The notes beneath the pieces were generated by a model. That model saw only the letters and a program-made list of their open reading frames with translations. It searched no databases and was not told the origin of the DNA. Shown in pieces: positions 25,499-39,710 of a stretch of 64,000 nucleotides of DNA (the first letter of the stretch is position 1; each line of letters begins with the position of its first letter). The translations under genes and the position numbers were made by a program. Source of the DNA: Octopus sinensis (Eukaryota). The stretch lies in contig NC_042999.1 in NCBI RefSeq assembly GCF_006345805.1, positions 116,374,001-116,438,000 of the forward strand, in the 5' to 3' direction.

Positions 25499-25540
25499 TA
25501 TAAATATATACATACATTCATATATATATATATTATATAT

Positions 25541-25579
<39 letters not shown>

Positions 25580-25583
<4 letters not shown>

Positions 25584-25900
25584 ATTTCGGAATGGTCATT
25601 TTGCCAGTTTAACCAATAAAAACACATGCACTATATATTTGGTGTTACTTTGCTTCAGTGTTATTCATTTTTAACATTAATCTTAATCTTATTTCGGCCA
25701 GAGTTCTTTCGTCACACTCCTGTGACCTCATCAGTGGTCCTTTGCTGTCTTCTTTCTAATTTGTGTGTCTCTCCTTACTAACGGTCAGCCATACAAAATG
25801 GCTAGTGCGTGTGTTTTTATTGGCTAAACTGGTAAAATGACCATTCCTAAATACAACAATATCTGTTTCAACACACGATTTCACATCAGAAATCTTGCAA
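25580..25900 (-). mobile_element. PLE-type mini-element with ~54-bp inverted segments and a hammerhead
   Basis: ttgtatttcggaatggtcattttgccagttt...gcacta (25580-25633) is inverse to 25803-25856; embedded in (TA)n. Confidence 0.7.
25696..25740 (-). ncRNA. Type I hammerhead ribozyme motif
   Basis: Minus strand reads GGACCA CUGAUGA G GUCACA ggag UGUGAC GAAA GAAC UC UGGCC: intact core, 6-bp stem II, 2-bp stem III, 3-bp (+1) stem I. Confidence 0.7.
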
Positions 25901-25915
25901 AACAAATATATAAAA

Positions 25916-25957
<42 letters not shown>

Positions 25958-26034
25958 AAATATGTGAGATCCTTGGTACAGTTAATTATATTTGAATAAA
26001 TATTTGAATATATATATATATATATATACATACG

Positions 26035-26190
26035 TCGGACTTGTTTCAGTTTCCGTCTACCAAATCCACTCACGAGGCTTTGGTCGACCCGAGGCTATAA
26101 TGGAAGACACTTACCCAAGGTATCACGCAGTGGGACTGAACCGGGAACCATGTAGTTGAGAAATATGTTTCTTACCACACTGCCACGCCT
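26035..26190 (-). mobile_element. SINE family A, 5' half
   Basis: ttcagtttccgtctaccaaatccactcac...cttaccacactgccacgcct. Confidence 0.85.
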
Positions 26191-26843
26191 ATTTATATCG
26201 ACCTCGGAAGTATGAACGGCAAAGAACTTGATGGCATTTGAACTCAAAATATGAGAGAACCGTGATTAAATATCAAAAGGGCATTATACCTAACACTCTA
26301 ACGATTTCGCCAAAAGATTTTGCTTTGCCGTTTAGTTTGATTCTTCTTTCGTTGTTGCTCATATTGTTTTTCTCCATTTTTGTATGCAGACCAACCAACC
26401 AACAAACAAGAGAAACGATCGCTGTTGTTATTGCACTAAGAATCCCCGAAAACAAGTGCTAGAATGGAAGGAGGGGGGAGCGGGAAGCACTTGCTGATGG
26501 TATTTTTCGTAAGGGAATCCTCTTCCCATCCCGACACCCACTAACATCAATACCAACATCAACATCAACAACAATAACAATAACAAACAATACCGGTACC
26601 AACATCACCATTTACATTTATTTGTACCACCACTACCATCACCACCACCACTACCACCACAACCACCACCACCACCACCAGCAACAGCAACAACAACAAC
26701 AACAACGACCGCATCGCCTACACCACACTCCTTTTCTCTTGAAAATATGCAAAGGAAATGCTGATATGATGTATACACGCTCATACTCATATACGCACCC
26801 ACACATACATACACTCACACACGCACGTATATATATATAATAT

Positions 26844-26874
<31 letters not shown>

Positions 26875-26974
26875 TATATATATATGTATATATATGTGTG
26901 TGTGTATATATATATATATATTTATATATATATACATATACACACACATTCATACATACATACATACATTAGAT

Positions 26975-27032
<58 letters not shown>

Positions 27033-27702
27033 TTGTGTGGGAATGTATGAATGTGTATATATGTATGCATGTGTGTGTGTGTGTGTATACAAACACATAC
27101 ACGTAGATTTCTGTACTTACTCTATTTACTCTATATTTATACACACACAGGCATAAATGTAAGTATTTATGTATGCATGCATGTATGCCTTCGTGCGTAT
27201 ACGTTATACATACGTCTGTAAATGAATACACTTACACGAGTGTATGTACAGATAAATCTAAGCTATTTCCTGGATAACTTTCTCGTGCTTCTCACTCTCT
27301 TTTCTTCTCCATCTCTCTCCCGTTTTTTTCTTTCCCCATTTTACACACACACACACACACACAGAATGAACACGTTTGTGGATCATCAGTGTTCTTTCTT
27401 AAATCATCCTTCGGCAGCCGGCTTCTGGGACTTGTTTGTTGTTGTTTTATTTATAGTTGCTCTTCTTCTTCTTTTTCTTCTTCTTCTTCTTCTTCTTCTT
27501 CTTCTTCTTCTTCTTCTTCTTCTTCTTCTTCTTCTTCTTCTCTTCTTCTTCTTCCTCCTCCTCCTCCTCCTCTACCACCACTCCCCCACCTCCTCCTGGT
27601 CCCCCTGCTCCCTCCTCCTCCTCATCCCCCTCCTCCTCCTCCTCCTCATCATCATCATCATCATCAAACTTCGTGCCTGTAGTAGAAAGGATTATCATTA
27701 TT

Positions 27703-27909
27703 ATGGCAGAATCGTTATCACGCCGGGCCAAAATGCGTTTCGTTCGTCTTTACGTTCTGAATTCGAATTCCGCCGAGGTCGACTTTGCCTTCCATCCTTT
27801 AAGGGATCGATAAAATAAGTACAAATCGAGTACTTGGGGTGAGCGGGGTCTATATAATCGACTTACCCATTCCTCCGAACTTGCTGACCAAGTGCCTATT
27901 GTAGAAAAG

Positions 27910-27912
<3 letters not shown>
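27703..27912 (+). mobile_element. SINE family B
   Basis: ggcagaatcgttatcacgccgggcc...gactttgccttccatcctttaagggatcgataaaataagtac, followed by an (ATC)n/(ATT)n tail. Confidence 0.8.
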
Positions 27913-27987
<75 letters not shown>

Positions 27988-27991
27988 ATCC

Positions 27992-28462
27992 TTGAGTGAG
28001 AGTGCAGTGCATGCCATGAAAGTGACACTGGGGTAAAATATACGAAGCCCAGTATACCCATCATGACTGCCCGTCTAATAAGGGTACACTAGGCACATGT
28101 ATCACAAGCATATGTGCGCGACATGGTGATCTCATATCAAGATAAACAGCACATGACCTTGCAGGTGGTTTGAACGAAACCAGAGGTGAATTATCCAAAT
28201 CCCAAAGAATCCCTCTCAACACATGGCTATGATGCTACCCCACTACTTCTGCTCGTGATCAGTAATGCACATATCGTCAACCACTAAGGACATGCTCAAC
28301 TGGTTAAGGTCAAACAACTGACAAGCAAATCTGTAGTATTGAGCAGAATATTTGCTGTAGCCCATCTTTTATACCAAGACAAAACAATGTACATGATAAC
28401 ACTTCCAATCAGTTAAGACCTGAAGCCACGAGAGCCACTGCCTGGTATTGCATCAGGACATT
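27992..28462 (-). mobile_element. (AAT)n-flanked interspersed repeat, second copy
   Basis: Matches 15242-15771 with an internal deletion. Confidence 0.7.
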
Positions 28463-28577
28463 TATTATCATTATTATTATTATCATCAGTATCATCATTA
28501 ACATCATCATCATAAAAACGGTCGCAGGTTGGCAGAATTGTTTGAGGATCGGAGAAAATAGCTAGCAGTTATTATTA

Positions 28578-28800
28578 AGGCGGCGATCTGGCACAATCGT
28601 TAGCACACCGGGAAAAATGCTTAGCGGCATTTCGTCCGTTCTTAGCTCTGAGTTCAAATTCCGCCGAGGTCGACTTTACCTGTTATCCTTTCAGTGTCGA
28701 TAAAATAAGTACTAGTGAAACACTGGGGTCGATGTAATCAACTAGTATCCCTCCCTCAAATTTCAGACATGTACCTGTAACAGAAAGGGTTATTATTATT
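28578..28800 (+). mobile_element. SINE family B
   Basis: aaggcggcgatctggcacaatcgttagcacaccggg...gagttcaaattccgccgaggtcgac. Confidence 0.85.
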
Positions 28801-29579
28801 AGAAAGACTCGTGTAAGACAACAACAGCTTAACATTTAGGGGAAGTGTTGTTTTTTAAAAAGAAATCCCTCTCCGCCATCATCTCCGCCGCCGCCGCCGC
28901 AACCACCGCCATCCACCATCACCACCACCACCACCACCACCACCACCACCACCAACGCCGCCGCCGGTGCTGCTACTCTGTTTCGACAACTTTTTGTTTA
29001 TTTATTTCCTAGATGTTTTATCTTCATCTTTATTTCTTATTTTTCTGGTCTTCTGTTTTTTGGGGTTCGGTCTTTGTTGTTTGGCTTTTAATTTGTGTTT
29101 GTATGAGGGATGGTGGTTGGTGGTGTTGGTGTTAGTGGTGGGGTTCGGGTTTGTTTGTTTGTTTTCTGATGAGACTAACAGAAATTGCTAAATAAAGATG
29201 CTTTCCGTAAAGTAGTAGGGGAAAAAAACAAACTGTACGTATTATTACAATTGACGTATGCGTGTCTATACTTGCGTGTTGCTATATCTTCACACCAGCA
29301 CTTATAAACTTACACTCAGGCATATATGTATGTATGAATGTATGTATGTATGTGCGTGTTTATGTGTGTGTCTATGTGTGTGTGAATTTGCGTGCGTGTG
29401 TTGTGTGTTTGTACATGTTTATGTGAATATGTATGCCTATATCTATATCTATATCGATATCTATATATGTATATATGTATATATATGTATACACACACAC
29501 ACACACGCACACGTATATATATATATATTTACATATACAGACATATAAATATACATATATAAATACAGATATACATACA

Positions 29580-29612
<33 letters not shown>

Positions 29613-29625
29613 GTACATATATATA

Positions 29626-29683
<58 letters not shown>

Positions 29684-29822
29684 ATATTTGTATGTATATC
29701 TATATATGTGTTTACACACATATACACACACATATATATATATACATCCTGCAAGGATGACGTAAATAACTGTTAAATTTATGTAAGTGAAAGATCTTCG
29801 TTTTCTTTATCATTATTAATAC

Positions 29823-29907
<85 letters not shown>

Positions 29908-29963
29908 TAGATACATACATACATACATACCTACATACATACATACATACATACATACATACA

Positions 29964-29994
<31 letters not shown>

Positions 29995-30015
29995 GTATGT
30001 ATATATGTATATATA

Positions 30016-30899
30016 CGGTGTGAATTCACTGACGACCTCCACTCCAGATTCTTACGTGAACCAAGAGATGAGTACAGTGTATAATATTAATAAGTCAATG
30101 ACAAATTAACAGTTATCATCCTTCAATCTGTTTACAAGAACGCTGCTATGAGCAAAACAGAAGTTTACGAGTGGTTTTCACGCCTTAGGAATGGTCACTT
30201 ATCGCTTGAGGACCAACCTCGTTCAGGGCGGCCCTCGACTTCTCGAACGAATAAAAGCATCAAGAAAATACATGAACTGATCTTGGTAGACCGTTACCGA
30301 ACAAATTACGAACTTGATATGGCTGGTATATCCTGGATCTCCTGCCAACGAATTTTGATCGAAAAATGGCAATTGAAAAGAGTTGCAGTAAAATGTGTAC
30401 CTCACTTGCTCACGGAAGATCAAAAGCAGTCACGATTGAATGCGTGTCGTGAACTGAAACAACAGTTGAAAGTTGATCCGAACTTTTTTTCGAAGGCCAT
30501 CACTGGTGACGAAAGCTGATGCTAAGTCTACGACCGGGAAACGAAGCAGCAATCAAGTCAATGAAAGCATTCAATGTCACCATGCACCCCACAAAAGCGT
30601 GTCATGTGAAGTCTAATGTCAACACGATGCTGATTTGTTTCATTGATGCGAAAGGAATTGCTCACACAGAATTTGTTTCTCCTGGTCAAATTGTTAACTA
30701 GGCATTTTACTTGGCCGTTCTGAAGCGTTTGCAAGACGTGATGAAACGATCAGTGGCAAAGTGGAGAGTTGTGGTTTCATCACGCAAATGCACCTGCGCA
30801 CACCGCCTTGAGTGTGAAACAGTTTTTGACCAAAAATAGCATGACCCCGATTACCCATCCTCCCAGTTTACCCGATCTTGCCCCCTGCAACTTCTTTTT
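30016..30899 (+). mobile_element. Mariner (DD34D-type) transposase pseudogene, 3'-truncated
   Basis: MSKTEVYEWFSR...RSGRPST...CVPHLLTEDQKQSRL...ITGDES, then YDP.TKQQS and HPP.LPDLAPC.FF-like motifs; several frameshifts; cut off by the repeat at 30900. Confidence 0.9.
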
Positions 30900-33709
30900 T
30901 GGATTTTGCGGAGGGTCAAAATAGGTAGCACAAACAGGGCAGTGAAGACAAACAGGAAAGGATGCTAAGCCTAAACGAGGTTGTGGTGACGAACGCGTAA
31001 ATCAAGCTAGGACAGGAGACAAACAAGAACACGTCTTCCTTGTTATATATATATGAAACGGTAGTTAAAAAAATAAAAGCCACTTTCAAACAAATTACTT
31101 AAGACATGGTTAATCATTAAGAATATATGTATTTCACTGAATTAAAATAATTCGTTACAAATGACCATGTTCCACTCTAAGCTAATTTTGTAAGCTAAAG
31201 AGTTGTTTCGTTCAGTTAATTGGAACCATAATTAGAAATAGAAGGCCCTATTTGAAACAATGAATGAGTGTTCTAAAATAGATATATAAGATAAATTTTG
31301 TATTATCTTGACTTAAAGAGTAGAAAGAAAATATCGAAGACGACATAAATTGGTGAGCGAGGGAAGTTTTAACTTTAACTAAAGCCAAAATGCAGGAGAT
31401 GAAGCGTTATAATTAGCTACATGGATATAGAATTTAGCAGTAAACAGACATTAGGGAGAGAACAGGAGCCCAGGAGGGTGATGACATATATATCTCCTAA
31501 AAGAATCCCAAAATTTGATTTTACTGAATAGAAAACTAAGTTAAATCATAATTTGGAAGGGTAATTATTGTAAAAGTTACAAAATGGGAAAAATAGGCAG
31601 CTAAGTGAAAAGTATTTATAATACGCAGTTTAAAGTAGCAGTGGAAATTGGTTCCCTAGGGGACCAGCGTTTTCTTACTTTTAAATCTTACTGGATTGGA
31701 GCTTGTAAGTTACTACTCGTCTTCCTAATCTCAATCTCTATGACCTTAGTATACCTCTAGTTCCTAAACTTCATCTTCCTTACTAAAGAAAAGTAAGAAA
31801 ATAAATGTATTGTAGTTTGCTTGAGGCATTGTGATACAGAAGTTAAAAAAGCAAATAATGAAGAGGACGTGCTTCTTACAATGTGAAAGAGAAAGTTAAG
31901 TAACCTTTATATTTTTCAGGCGCAAAGACCCATCACCAGATGCCAACAGGTTAAAAAATGTAAGTTTTCGTAATCCTTCCTCGCTGATCGCCGGCAGTCA
32001 ACATGGCAAGTATGTAAAACCATAATGAAGTGGAAGGCACGGTAACAGCAAAACATAACTGAAAAATGTGTTAAGCCAATTAAAGGTTTATCAATTAAGT
32101 CACAATAAATAAAGATTCTGCAGAAATGTAACGCAAAACTCTGAATTTAGTAAATGATTTAGATGTTATTTTTTAGATAATTTTTTAGTTTGTAGATAAG
32201 ATAGAACTTTTCAGCCTTGAGTTTATACGAGGAAATCCTTTTGTTATGTTTATCTAAGTAGATTTACCTTAGCAAAACAAAACAAAAAAAAACAACAAAA
32301 AAAACCTAAAATTACAAGTCTCTTATTACTGGTATTGTGTTCGACTCAAGACACTATGCTTCATTTGGGTGCATAGTAAGTATTCTTCTTTAGCTTCCAA
32401 ATATATTTCGAAAGGGGTGTTTCATTTTTCTATCTTTAAATATGTAAATGTGGTTGTTATACATACTTTAAATGGTGCGGAGGTATAACCTGTATAAATG
32501 TGCGTGGAATTATTAGTGGTATCACTGTATAGGTAGACAATATCATTATCTTCACATTTAGGATTTGAAGGCAGTTACTAAGGTTAATGAAGTTCCAACT
32601 GGTTTTCTTGTTTATGTTCGCATGATTTATGAATTTAAACTTTTTCGGCTTGGTTGACGCTAAGAATTGAGTGCAGCAGAGGAAAATAATTTTATAATGT
32701 TGTTCTTATAAATTCTGTAATATATATGCTGTAGGTGGAAGTGTTTTCTGAGAATTTACAAGAGATAGCTAGCAACAAGGCTAACAACACTTAATCTGAA
32801 TAGAAGATTGAACCTTATTATATTCATTGTCCTATTTATTCAGCTATACTTACTACTGCTAGAATTATTTCTAACCGATAGATATGTGTTAAGTGCTATA
32901 CAATAAATATTCTGTATAAAGTTGCCTCACGCAAAAGCTTCATTACAGTAACATGCAGATCTGTTAATATGTTAGAAGAAAGGTTTGAAATTCTTAGAAG
33001 GATATTCCTAACAAGATTGCTAATTATAGAAGTGTATGTAGTTTAAGGACTCGTCTGGTTTCCTAAAAGTATAGAAGAAAGTATCTGACGTAGCGTTATA
33101 TATTGAAAGTATATTTTGTGAAGGTTAGTTTCAGTTGTTATGGAGAATATTAATTCGTTGAAGAGTACACGTATTTTCTCATTTCATCGTTTATTTGTGG
33201 GTTATCTGTGACCTCATTAGCATTTTCTTGCTTCAAGAATTTAAATCTAAATTTCCGTACTTAGGAGGTCTATACTGTTTTTGACTAACTGGAATCTGAA
33301 ATAAATATTTCTAACAATATGATCTTACAAAGTTGGTAATACAATATACAGAGAATATGTTACTCACGTGGAATTCTTATATTTCTTATGCTTATTACTT
33401 CCAATATATTTTAGTAAACACTAGCCATAAGCGCCTTTACTATATTAACTTCCACATAGGCGCAGGTGTGACTGAACCCAGAACCATATGATTGGGAAGC
33501 TTGCTTTCCAGTCACATGGTTACGGGTTCAGGCGGGCCAACCAAAACCTTGTGAGTGGATTTGATAAACAGAAGCTGAAGGAAACCCGTCGTGTATATAC
33601 AATAGTGCCCCGGTATTTACGGGGGTTACGTTCCTAGAATACTCGCGAATATTGGACGTGATCCATAAAAATGCCTATAAATCGAAATATAACGTAAAAT
33701 ATATGTATA

Positions 33710-33855
33710 TACAAAATTAAGAGGAATGGCCACCAAAGATGACACCCTATATGCTAAACCTTGACGTCAAATCGTCATTACCACGAAGAATGTATTCACA
33801 AGAACATATAGTATATAGGGTGTCCACTTTGGTGGTCGTTCCTCTTAATTTTGTA
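33710..33855. repeat. Short inverted repeat (43-bp arms, 60-bp spacer)
   Basis: tacaaaattaagaggaatggccaccaaagatgacaccctatat (33710-33752) versus atatagggtgtccactttggtggtcgttcctcttaattttgta (33813-33855). Confidence 0.85.
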
Positions 33856-33928
33856 TGTAACACAATTTTTAATCTTCGGATTTTTTAAATATGCTAAGCC
33901 ACTGGTTTTAATTGATTAAAAATCAATT

Positions 33929-34437
33929 AAAATCCACAAGAACAAAATTATTACCGAAGCTTGCAAAAAGTCCACTTCAACCTGCATCACTGCGCCACAT
34001 CCCACTGATCTCAAACTGAGACCAATTGTGACAGGCCTAAACTGTGAAATACACAGATTAAGCAACTTTATCGATATCCTCTTAAAACCAATACTTAAAC
34101 ACATACCAAATATTATAAGAGATGACCTGGATCTATTAAATCATCTCCCCCAAACATACCAATAAAGACATTTTCATTGTCTCCTTTGATGCAATAAACC
34201 TTTACACTACGATCCCACATCAATATGGACTGGAAGCCATTAAATTCTGGCTAGAAAAATACCCCAATGAGGTCACGGAAAGAATAAAAACAGAATTCAT
34301 CATCGAGGAAACTTGAGTTTATCCTCCAAAACAACTTTTTGAATTTTAATAACACCTACAGACAGGTATCAGGGACGGCAATGGGTACTAAAGTTGCCAC
34401 TACTTATGCAAACCTGGTGATGGCCAACCTAGAATTA
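33929..34437 (+). mobile_element. Penelope-like reverse transcriptase fragment (pseudogenised)
   Basis: KIHKNKII...RPIVTGLNCEIHRLSNFIDILLKP...LYTTIPH...GLEAIKFWLEK...QVSGTAMGTKVATTYANLVMANLE; frameshifted. Confidence 0.85.
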
Positions 34438-34551
34438 TAAAGTTATGATGAATCCAAATATAAAGTGAATAAACATCTTTAAAATTGCATTTTCAAACCT
34501 TCCTTCATATATATTTCCACTCGTGCGGTATCTTACAACTTTACTTTGTCA

Positions 34552-34935
34552 TATACATATTCTTTTATAACTGTTACATGCGGCCGTGCTGGAGCAACAC
34601 ATTTAGACGAGCAAATTGATCCCAGGACTTATTCTTTGTAAGCCTAGTACTTATTCTATCGGTTCCTTTTGCCGAACCTCTGCTACGGAGACATAAAGGC
34701 ACCAGCATCGGTTGTCAAGTGATGTTGGGGGTACAATCACAGACGCACAAACATACATATACATATATACTATATACGACGGCTTCTTTCAGCTTCCGTC
34801 TATCAGATCCACTCACAAGGCTTTTGATCGGCCTGAGGCTATAGTGGAAGACACTTGCCCAAGGTGCCACACAGTGGGACTGAACCCGGAGCCATGTTGT
34901 TGGAAAGCAAGCTACTTATCACACAACCAATCCTG
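34552..34935 (-). mobile_element. SINE family A, full length
   Basis: Colinear with 14392-14842. Confidence 0.85.
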
Positions 34936-36190
34936 CAGTTAAATGACTGAAACAAGTAAAAGAATAAAAGAATAAAAAGATAGTCTTCAAGAAATAAATG
35001 CTAAATATTCTTCGCAGTCGACTCCGCTTTCTTAAAAAAAAATATGGTTCCTTAGATAATGTAGTTCGATATATATTATGTAGTAAAAAAGCGGAATTAT
35101 CACGGCTCTATTGCCTTTAATCATACACCAAATAGATCGGAAATGACTTGATTTAAACAACAGCATCAACTTTACTATTAAAAAATGGTTTTAAAATAGC
35201 CTTGTCTCGTATATGCAAAGTTTAAAATTCAAGTACTTTAATATTTATACCGTGACTCTGGCAACCGTGGAGCTAGTGGTAGTTCAGCTCTGTAATTGTT
35301 ACTAAAGAAATAAGCCTTACACTATTCAAATTAGTGTAAAGTTGTTGTTTTTTTACTACAAATATCAAAGAAACACTCTTCACGTATTAACTAAATAGTG
35401 TTTCACAACATATTTCAAAAAGATGAAAAATAAAAATAGTTGAAACAGTGAAATAATTCAATGAGCACAATATGTTTTATGCCGAGTGGCCCAAAACATG
35501 CGTGAGGTTTTTCTTCAAATTCTATTGATTTTCTATAGAGGAAATATATGGGCATCCCACATATTGAAAATTGTTTTGTATTACACATATCAAGGAAATT
35601 CTCTCTTTCTTCACACAAATAAAAGGACTGGTCTTTCACAACATATCAATGAAATAGCATTCTTTCACAAAACATCTAGGAACTTGTTTCGCACTATATT
35701 ATCAAATTTGAGCTATAAAAATATTTTTACTGATTAGATAGATCCAAAATGTTGCTTAAAGTTTTGGTCATACACGTCGATATACGTGCATTAGAATTAT
35801 TATAACAAGAATTTAAAAAAAAAGAACAGCCTTTACTTCTAACTACAGGCGCGTTTCCTTTTTTAAAAATTGTGTCCGCGTAGTTTTGGGAATAGTACTT
35901 ATAACAGTAAATCATATTTGTATAGAAGCGCGTTCAATTCAAAATTACGATATTCGTGAAGATGTAATATAATTATTGAAGAATTGCTTTCCTGCAGAGG
36001 TACGCTTCCGACAAATTATTTGGATATATTGCGGGTGACCTACAGGTTATGAGAAAAATTTATAAAGAATATACGAAAAATGAAATCATTTATAAAAATA
36101 TAATAAAAATGCGATCGCAGACATTGTTGCTTAGTAACATAATTTCATTCATATATTGGTAACTATAAAAGTAGCATTGTAAAACGCTAA

Positions 36191-36246
<56 letters not shown>

Positions 36247-36259
36247 CAAATCAAAGAAC

Positions 36260-37341
36260 AGTGTTTCGTTTTGCAACAATAATATACTAACAAACATATT
36301 ACAGCTTTACAAGTCAATATTGTGTCTTTCTTTCGTGTTAGCAGTTTATCTCTATGGATTTTCTATAGAATTCAGAGCCAGCATTGCAAGTTGCCATAAT
36401 TTGTATGCGGATGGGTCTATGTAAACAGTGCAATCTAAGATTGAAAAAATAGGTAACGGGGGATCTTTTCTGCTTGGTTGCATCCGTTAAAATTTCAAAG
36501 TTTAGTGAAAATTTATAATTTGGTGTATCGATGTAATTTTCCACGCTGAATCTCAGGAGCTAATTCACTTTTTCCAGAATTTATAAAAAAAAAAAAAGAT
36601 TACATAGGTTTAAAATTTGATAATTTTTACTCAGTCAGAAAACAGGATTTGGCAGCTGTCATTTTGTGTGTGACTGCAAGTGTTCTCAACTGTAAACAAA
36701 TGAAATATTGGTGGAATTCTGATAGCTTTTTTATTTTTTCAAAATTATCAGAAAATTTTTGCTAATTTGTAGTCTATACACGGGAATGCGTATGATTATG
36801 CAAAAACCAAAACAAAAAAATTGGTGCGTGATTTAAGGCCTATTTAGCTATCATTTTTAGCACATCACACGACCACCTGTATTTTAAGTATATAATAAGC
36901 AAAAAATGACCACGTAGGCCAGCAGCTCCATAAGAGCTTGGCTTCTTGCTATGGAAACTGGAAGCTATATGTCTGCAGCTTTCGATTGGCTAAAATAACC
37001 CCAAATTTGGAAACTTTAAAGGCTATTAACTCTTTATTTCTTGATTTATAGTGAAAATGAATTTCCTGTCAATGATTACCATACAAAACTACATCAACAC
37101 ATCTAATATGAAATGAATTGGAACAAAAGTTACAGAAAGTGAAAAGTAACAGCCAAACAGAAACGATTTGTAACAGCTGCACATGCATATTTCAAAAGTT
37201 ATGTTTTTTCATTAGTAGTATTTTATGGTTGCAAAACGAAATACTGGGTTCTTTCTACAAATTAATGCCTACGTATAAGTTGCTTGGAATGTGCTTAATA
37301 TAAAAATTCGTCTATCCAACAGTTTTTTATCGCTAAACTTA
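36260..37341. mobile_element. Degenerate TIR-bearing non-autonomous DNA element
   Basis: cagtgtttcgttttgcaacaataatatacta (about 36260-36290) is inverse to tagtattttatggttgcaaaacgaaatactg (about 37216-37246); the outer left end is lost. Confidence 0.4.
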
Positions 37342-37454
37342 GTGGGGAAGTAAGCAATGCCTTCGTGGATAGCTGATAGGTGGGCTGAGATGCTGGACAG
37401 CGTACCTTGCTGTGCTGACTGTGAATTCTGTAAAAAACCTATCGAGATAAACTT

Positions 37455-37498
<44 letters not shown>

Positions 37499-37588
37499 AT
37501 ATACATTATATATATGTATGTATGTATATATATATATATATTATATATATGTATGTATATTATATAAGTATATATGCATATGTATATG

Positions 37589-37693
<105 letters not shown>

Positions 37694-38216
37694 TATACTC
37701 ACACACATACCCATATGCAAACCCACACACATATACACATGTACACACTTATGAGAAAGCGACATTGAAAAGCACTTTCGCATATCCAAGCTATGTGTTT
37801 GTGAGGGCGCGTTTGTGCGTGCGTGCATGTATCTGTATATGTGTGTATGTGTGTATACGTGTGTATGTGTGTGTATGTATGTGTGAGGTTTTATACTTAG
37901 TTCTGTAATCTATTCTATATTTACATGCAATTAAAAGTTGAAAGAAGTTCTATATAGAATCTGACATTTATGAATGAATGTGAACCTCAACGGATAAGAC
38001 AAAAAAAGAGGAAGAGAGAGAGAGAGAGGGAGAGACTGCATGAGAGAGAGTGAGAGCGAGAAAATGTGAGGGTGGGAGTGAGAGAGCAAGGAGCGGTTGA
38101 ATATATAAATAAATGTGTGTTTGTGTGTATGTACACACATGCATATACATACATACTTGTACACATACACACACACACACACACAACATATTCTTATACA
38201 TCGTATACATACATAC

Positions 38217-38251
<35 letters not shown>

Positions 38252-38332
38252 CATATATATACATATACTGAATATATATATATATATATATATAATTGAA
38301 TAGATAGATAGATAGATGATAGATAGATAGAT

Positions 38333-38387
<55 letters not shown>

Positions 38388-38695
38388 GGGAGGGAAGGAA
38401 GGAAGGAAGGAAAGAAGGAAGGAAGGAAGGAAGGAAGGAAGGACGAGAGAGTGAGATTTAGAGATAACGACAATAGATCATGATTAATGAGCCTGATGCT
38501 TCCTTACTAAATATAAAACCAGTTGTAAATATAGGCACACTAACTGACTCAGGGGAACTTATAAGGATTTCTGTATTTTTGCGTCTTAACATGTGTATCA
38601 GCGTATTTATATGCGTATGATATCTGAGTGCTCATTAAGTGTATGACATTGTATGTATGTATGTATGTATGCATGTATTTATGTATGCATGTATG

Positions 38696-38729
<34 letters not shown>

Positions 38730-38735
38730 TGTATG

Positions 38736-38766
<31 letters not shown>

Positions 38767-38954
38767 GGACGAATGGATGGAGGATATAAATTATTAGTTT
38801 TATTTCTAGATCATTTTTGGCCAATGAAGAAAGATCCGGTTTCTAACCTAAATCCTAGTCTCTTTCACTTGAATTTCAATATGTTCAGTAGTAACAGAGT
38901 AACTATGCATGAATGGGTTCATATATGTATGTATTTGGAGTTAGTGCATGTGCG

Positions 38955-38988
<34 letters not shown>

Positions 38989-38989
38989 G

Positions 38990-39076
<87 letters not shown>

Positions 39077-39079
<3 letters not shown>

Positions 39080-39710
39080 GAAGGGTGAAATTAATTAATT
39101 GGAATAATATCAATTACACCTAAGTAGTCTTCGGCATGTAAAAGCCTCATTCGAGGAAAATTTAAGTAATACTAAGCAATAAAGGGTTTAGCAACGAATT
39201 GCCTTACCACAGACCGATTTAGAAATAGCAGTCAAGAGTTATAGCTATTTCTTCTACTAAAAAGGGAGATCTCAGTAAAAACACAGCAATTGGAAGGCAG
39301 ACACAAACAGGTAAGAGAGAATGAATTGACGGCAATCTATCATACAATTTTAAGTTATCTACGGACGCACGTTTCGAAATCAAGTTTTTAGGAAAGCATA
39401 AGAATTAAATATTAAATAATTCTACCTTACCAAACTTCTTTTCTCTTCAGCGTAGAATACTATAATCATAAATGATTATATATGAATTTTGAGATACTAG
39501 GAAGGCACCAACTCAACTCAGTATCAGGCGAGCTAGAATCCGCAACTGGTATCACCAAATTCAAGTGTGAATGAAAAGATTGTGTCACCAGCCCCTTCCC
39601 ACTTGGAAAATATCGCATGGTGAGCAGGAAATCGACCGCGTGGTGGACAAGAAATCGGTCGTGTGGTTGGGGGCAAGTAGGAAGTGGCGAAATACGTGGG
39701 GTTATATATG
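39077..39710 (-). mobile_element. Hammerhead-containing non-coding repeat; permuted partner of 49111-49680
   Basis: Blocks 39077-39150 and about 39170-39600 match the inverse of 49111-49182 and about 49250-49680, in a different order; preceded by (TA)n. Confidence 0.8.
39358..39456 (-). ncRNA. Type I hammerhead ribozyme motif
   Basis: Minus strand reads UCUACG CUGAAGA GAAA..(long stem-loop II)..UUUC GAAAC GUGC GUC CGUAGA: 6-bp stem I, GUC site. Confidence 0.85.

Noticed and set aside
27222-27818. 198-aa and poly-Ser/Glu/Lys ORFs
   Set aside because: They arise from compound (CTT)n/(CTC)n/(CAT)n trinucleotide tracts.
29165-29192. CTGATGA...GAAA close together
   Set aside because: Stems II and III do not pair in register.
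31050-33400. 2.3-kb microsatellite-free AT-rich stretch
   Set aside because: I found no ORF of note, ribozyme core or terminal repeats; probably an old unclassified repeat.
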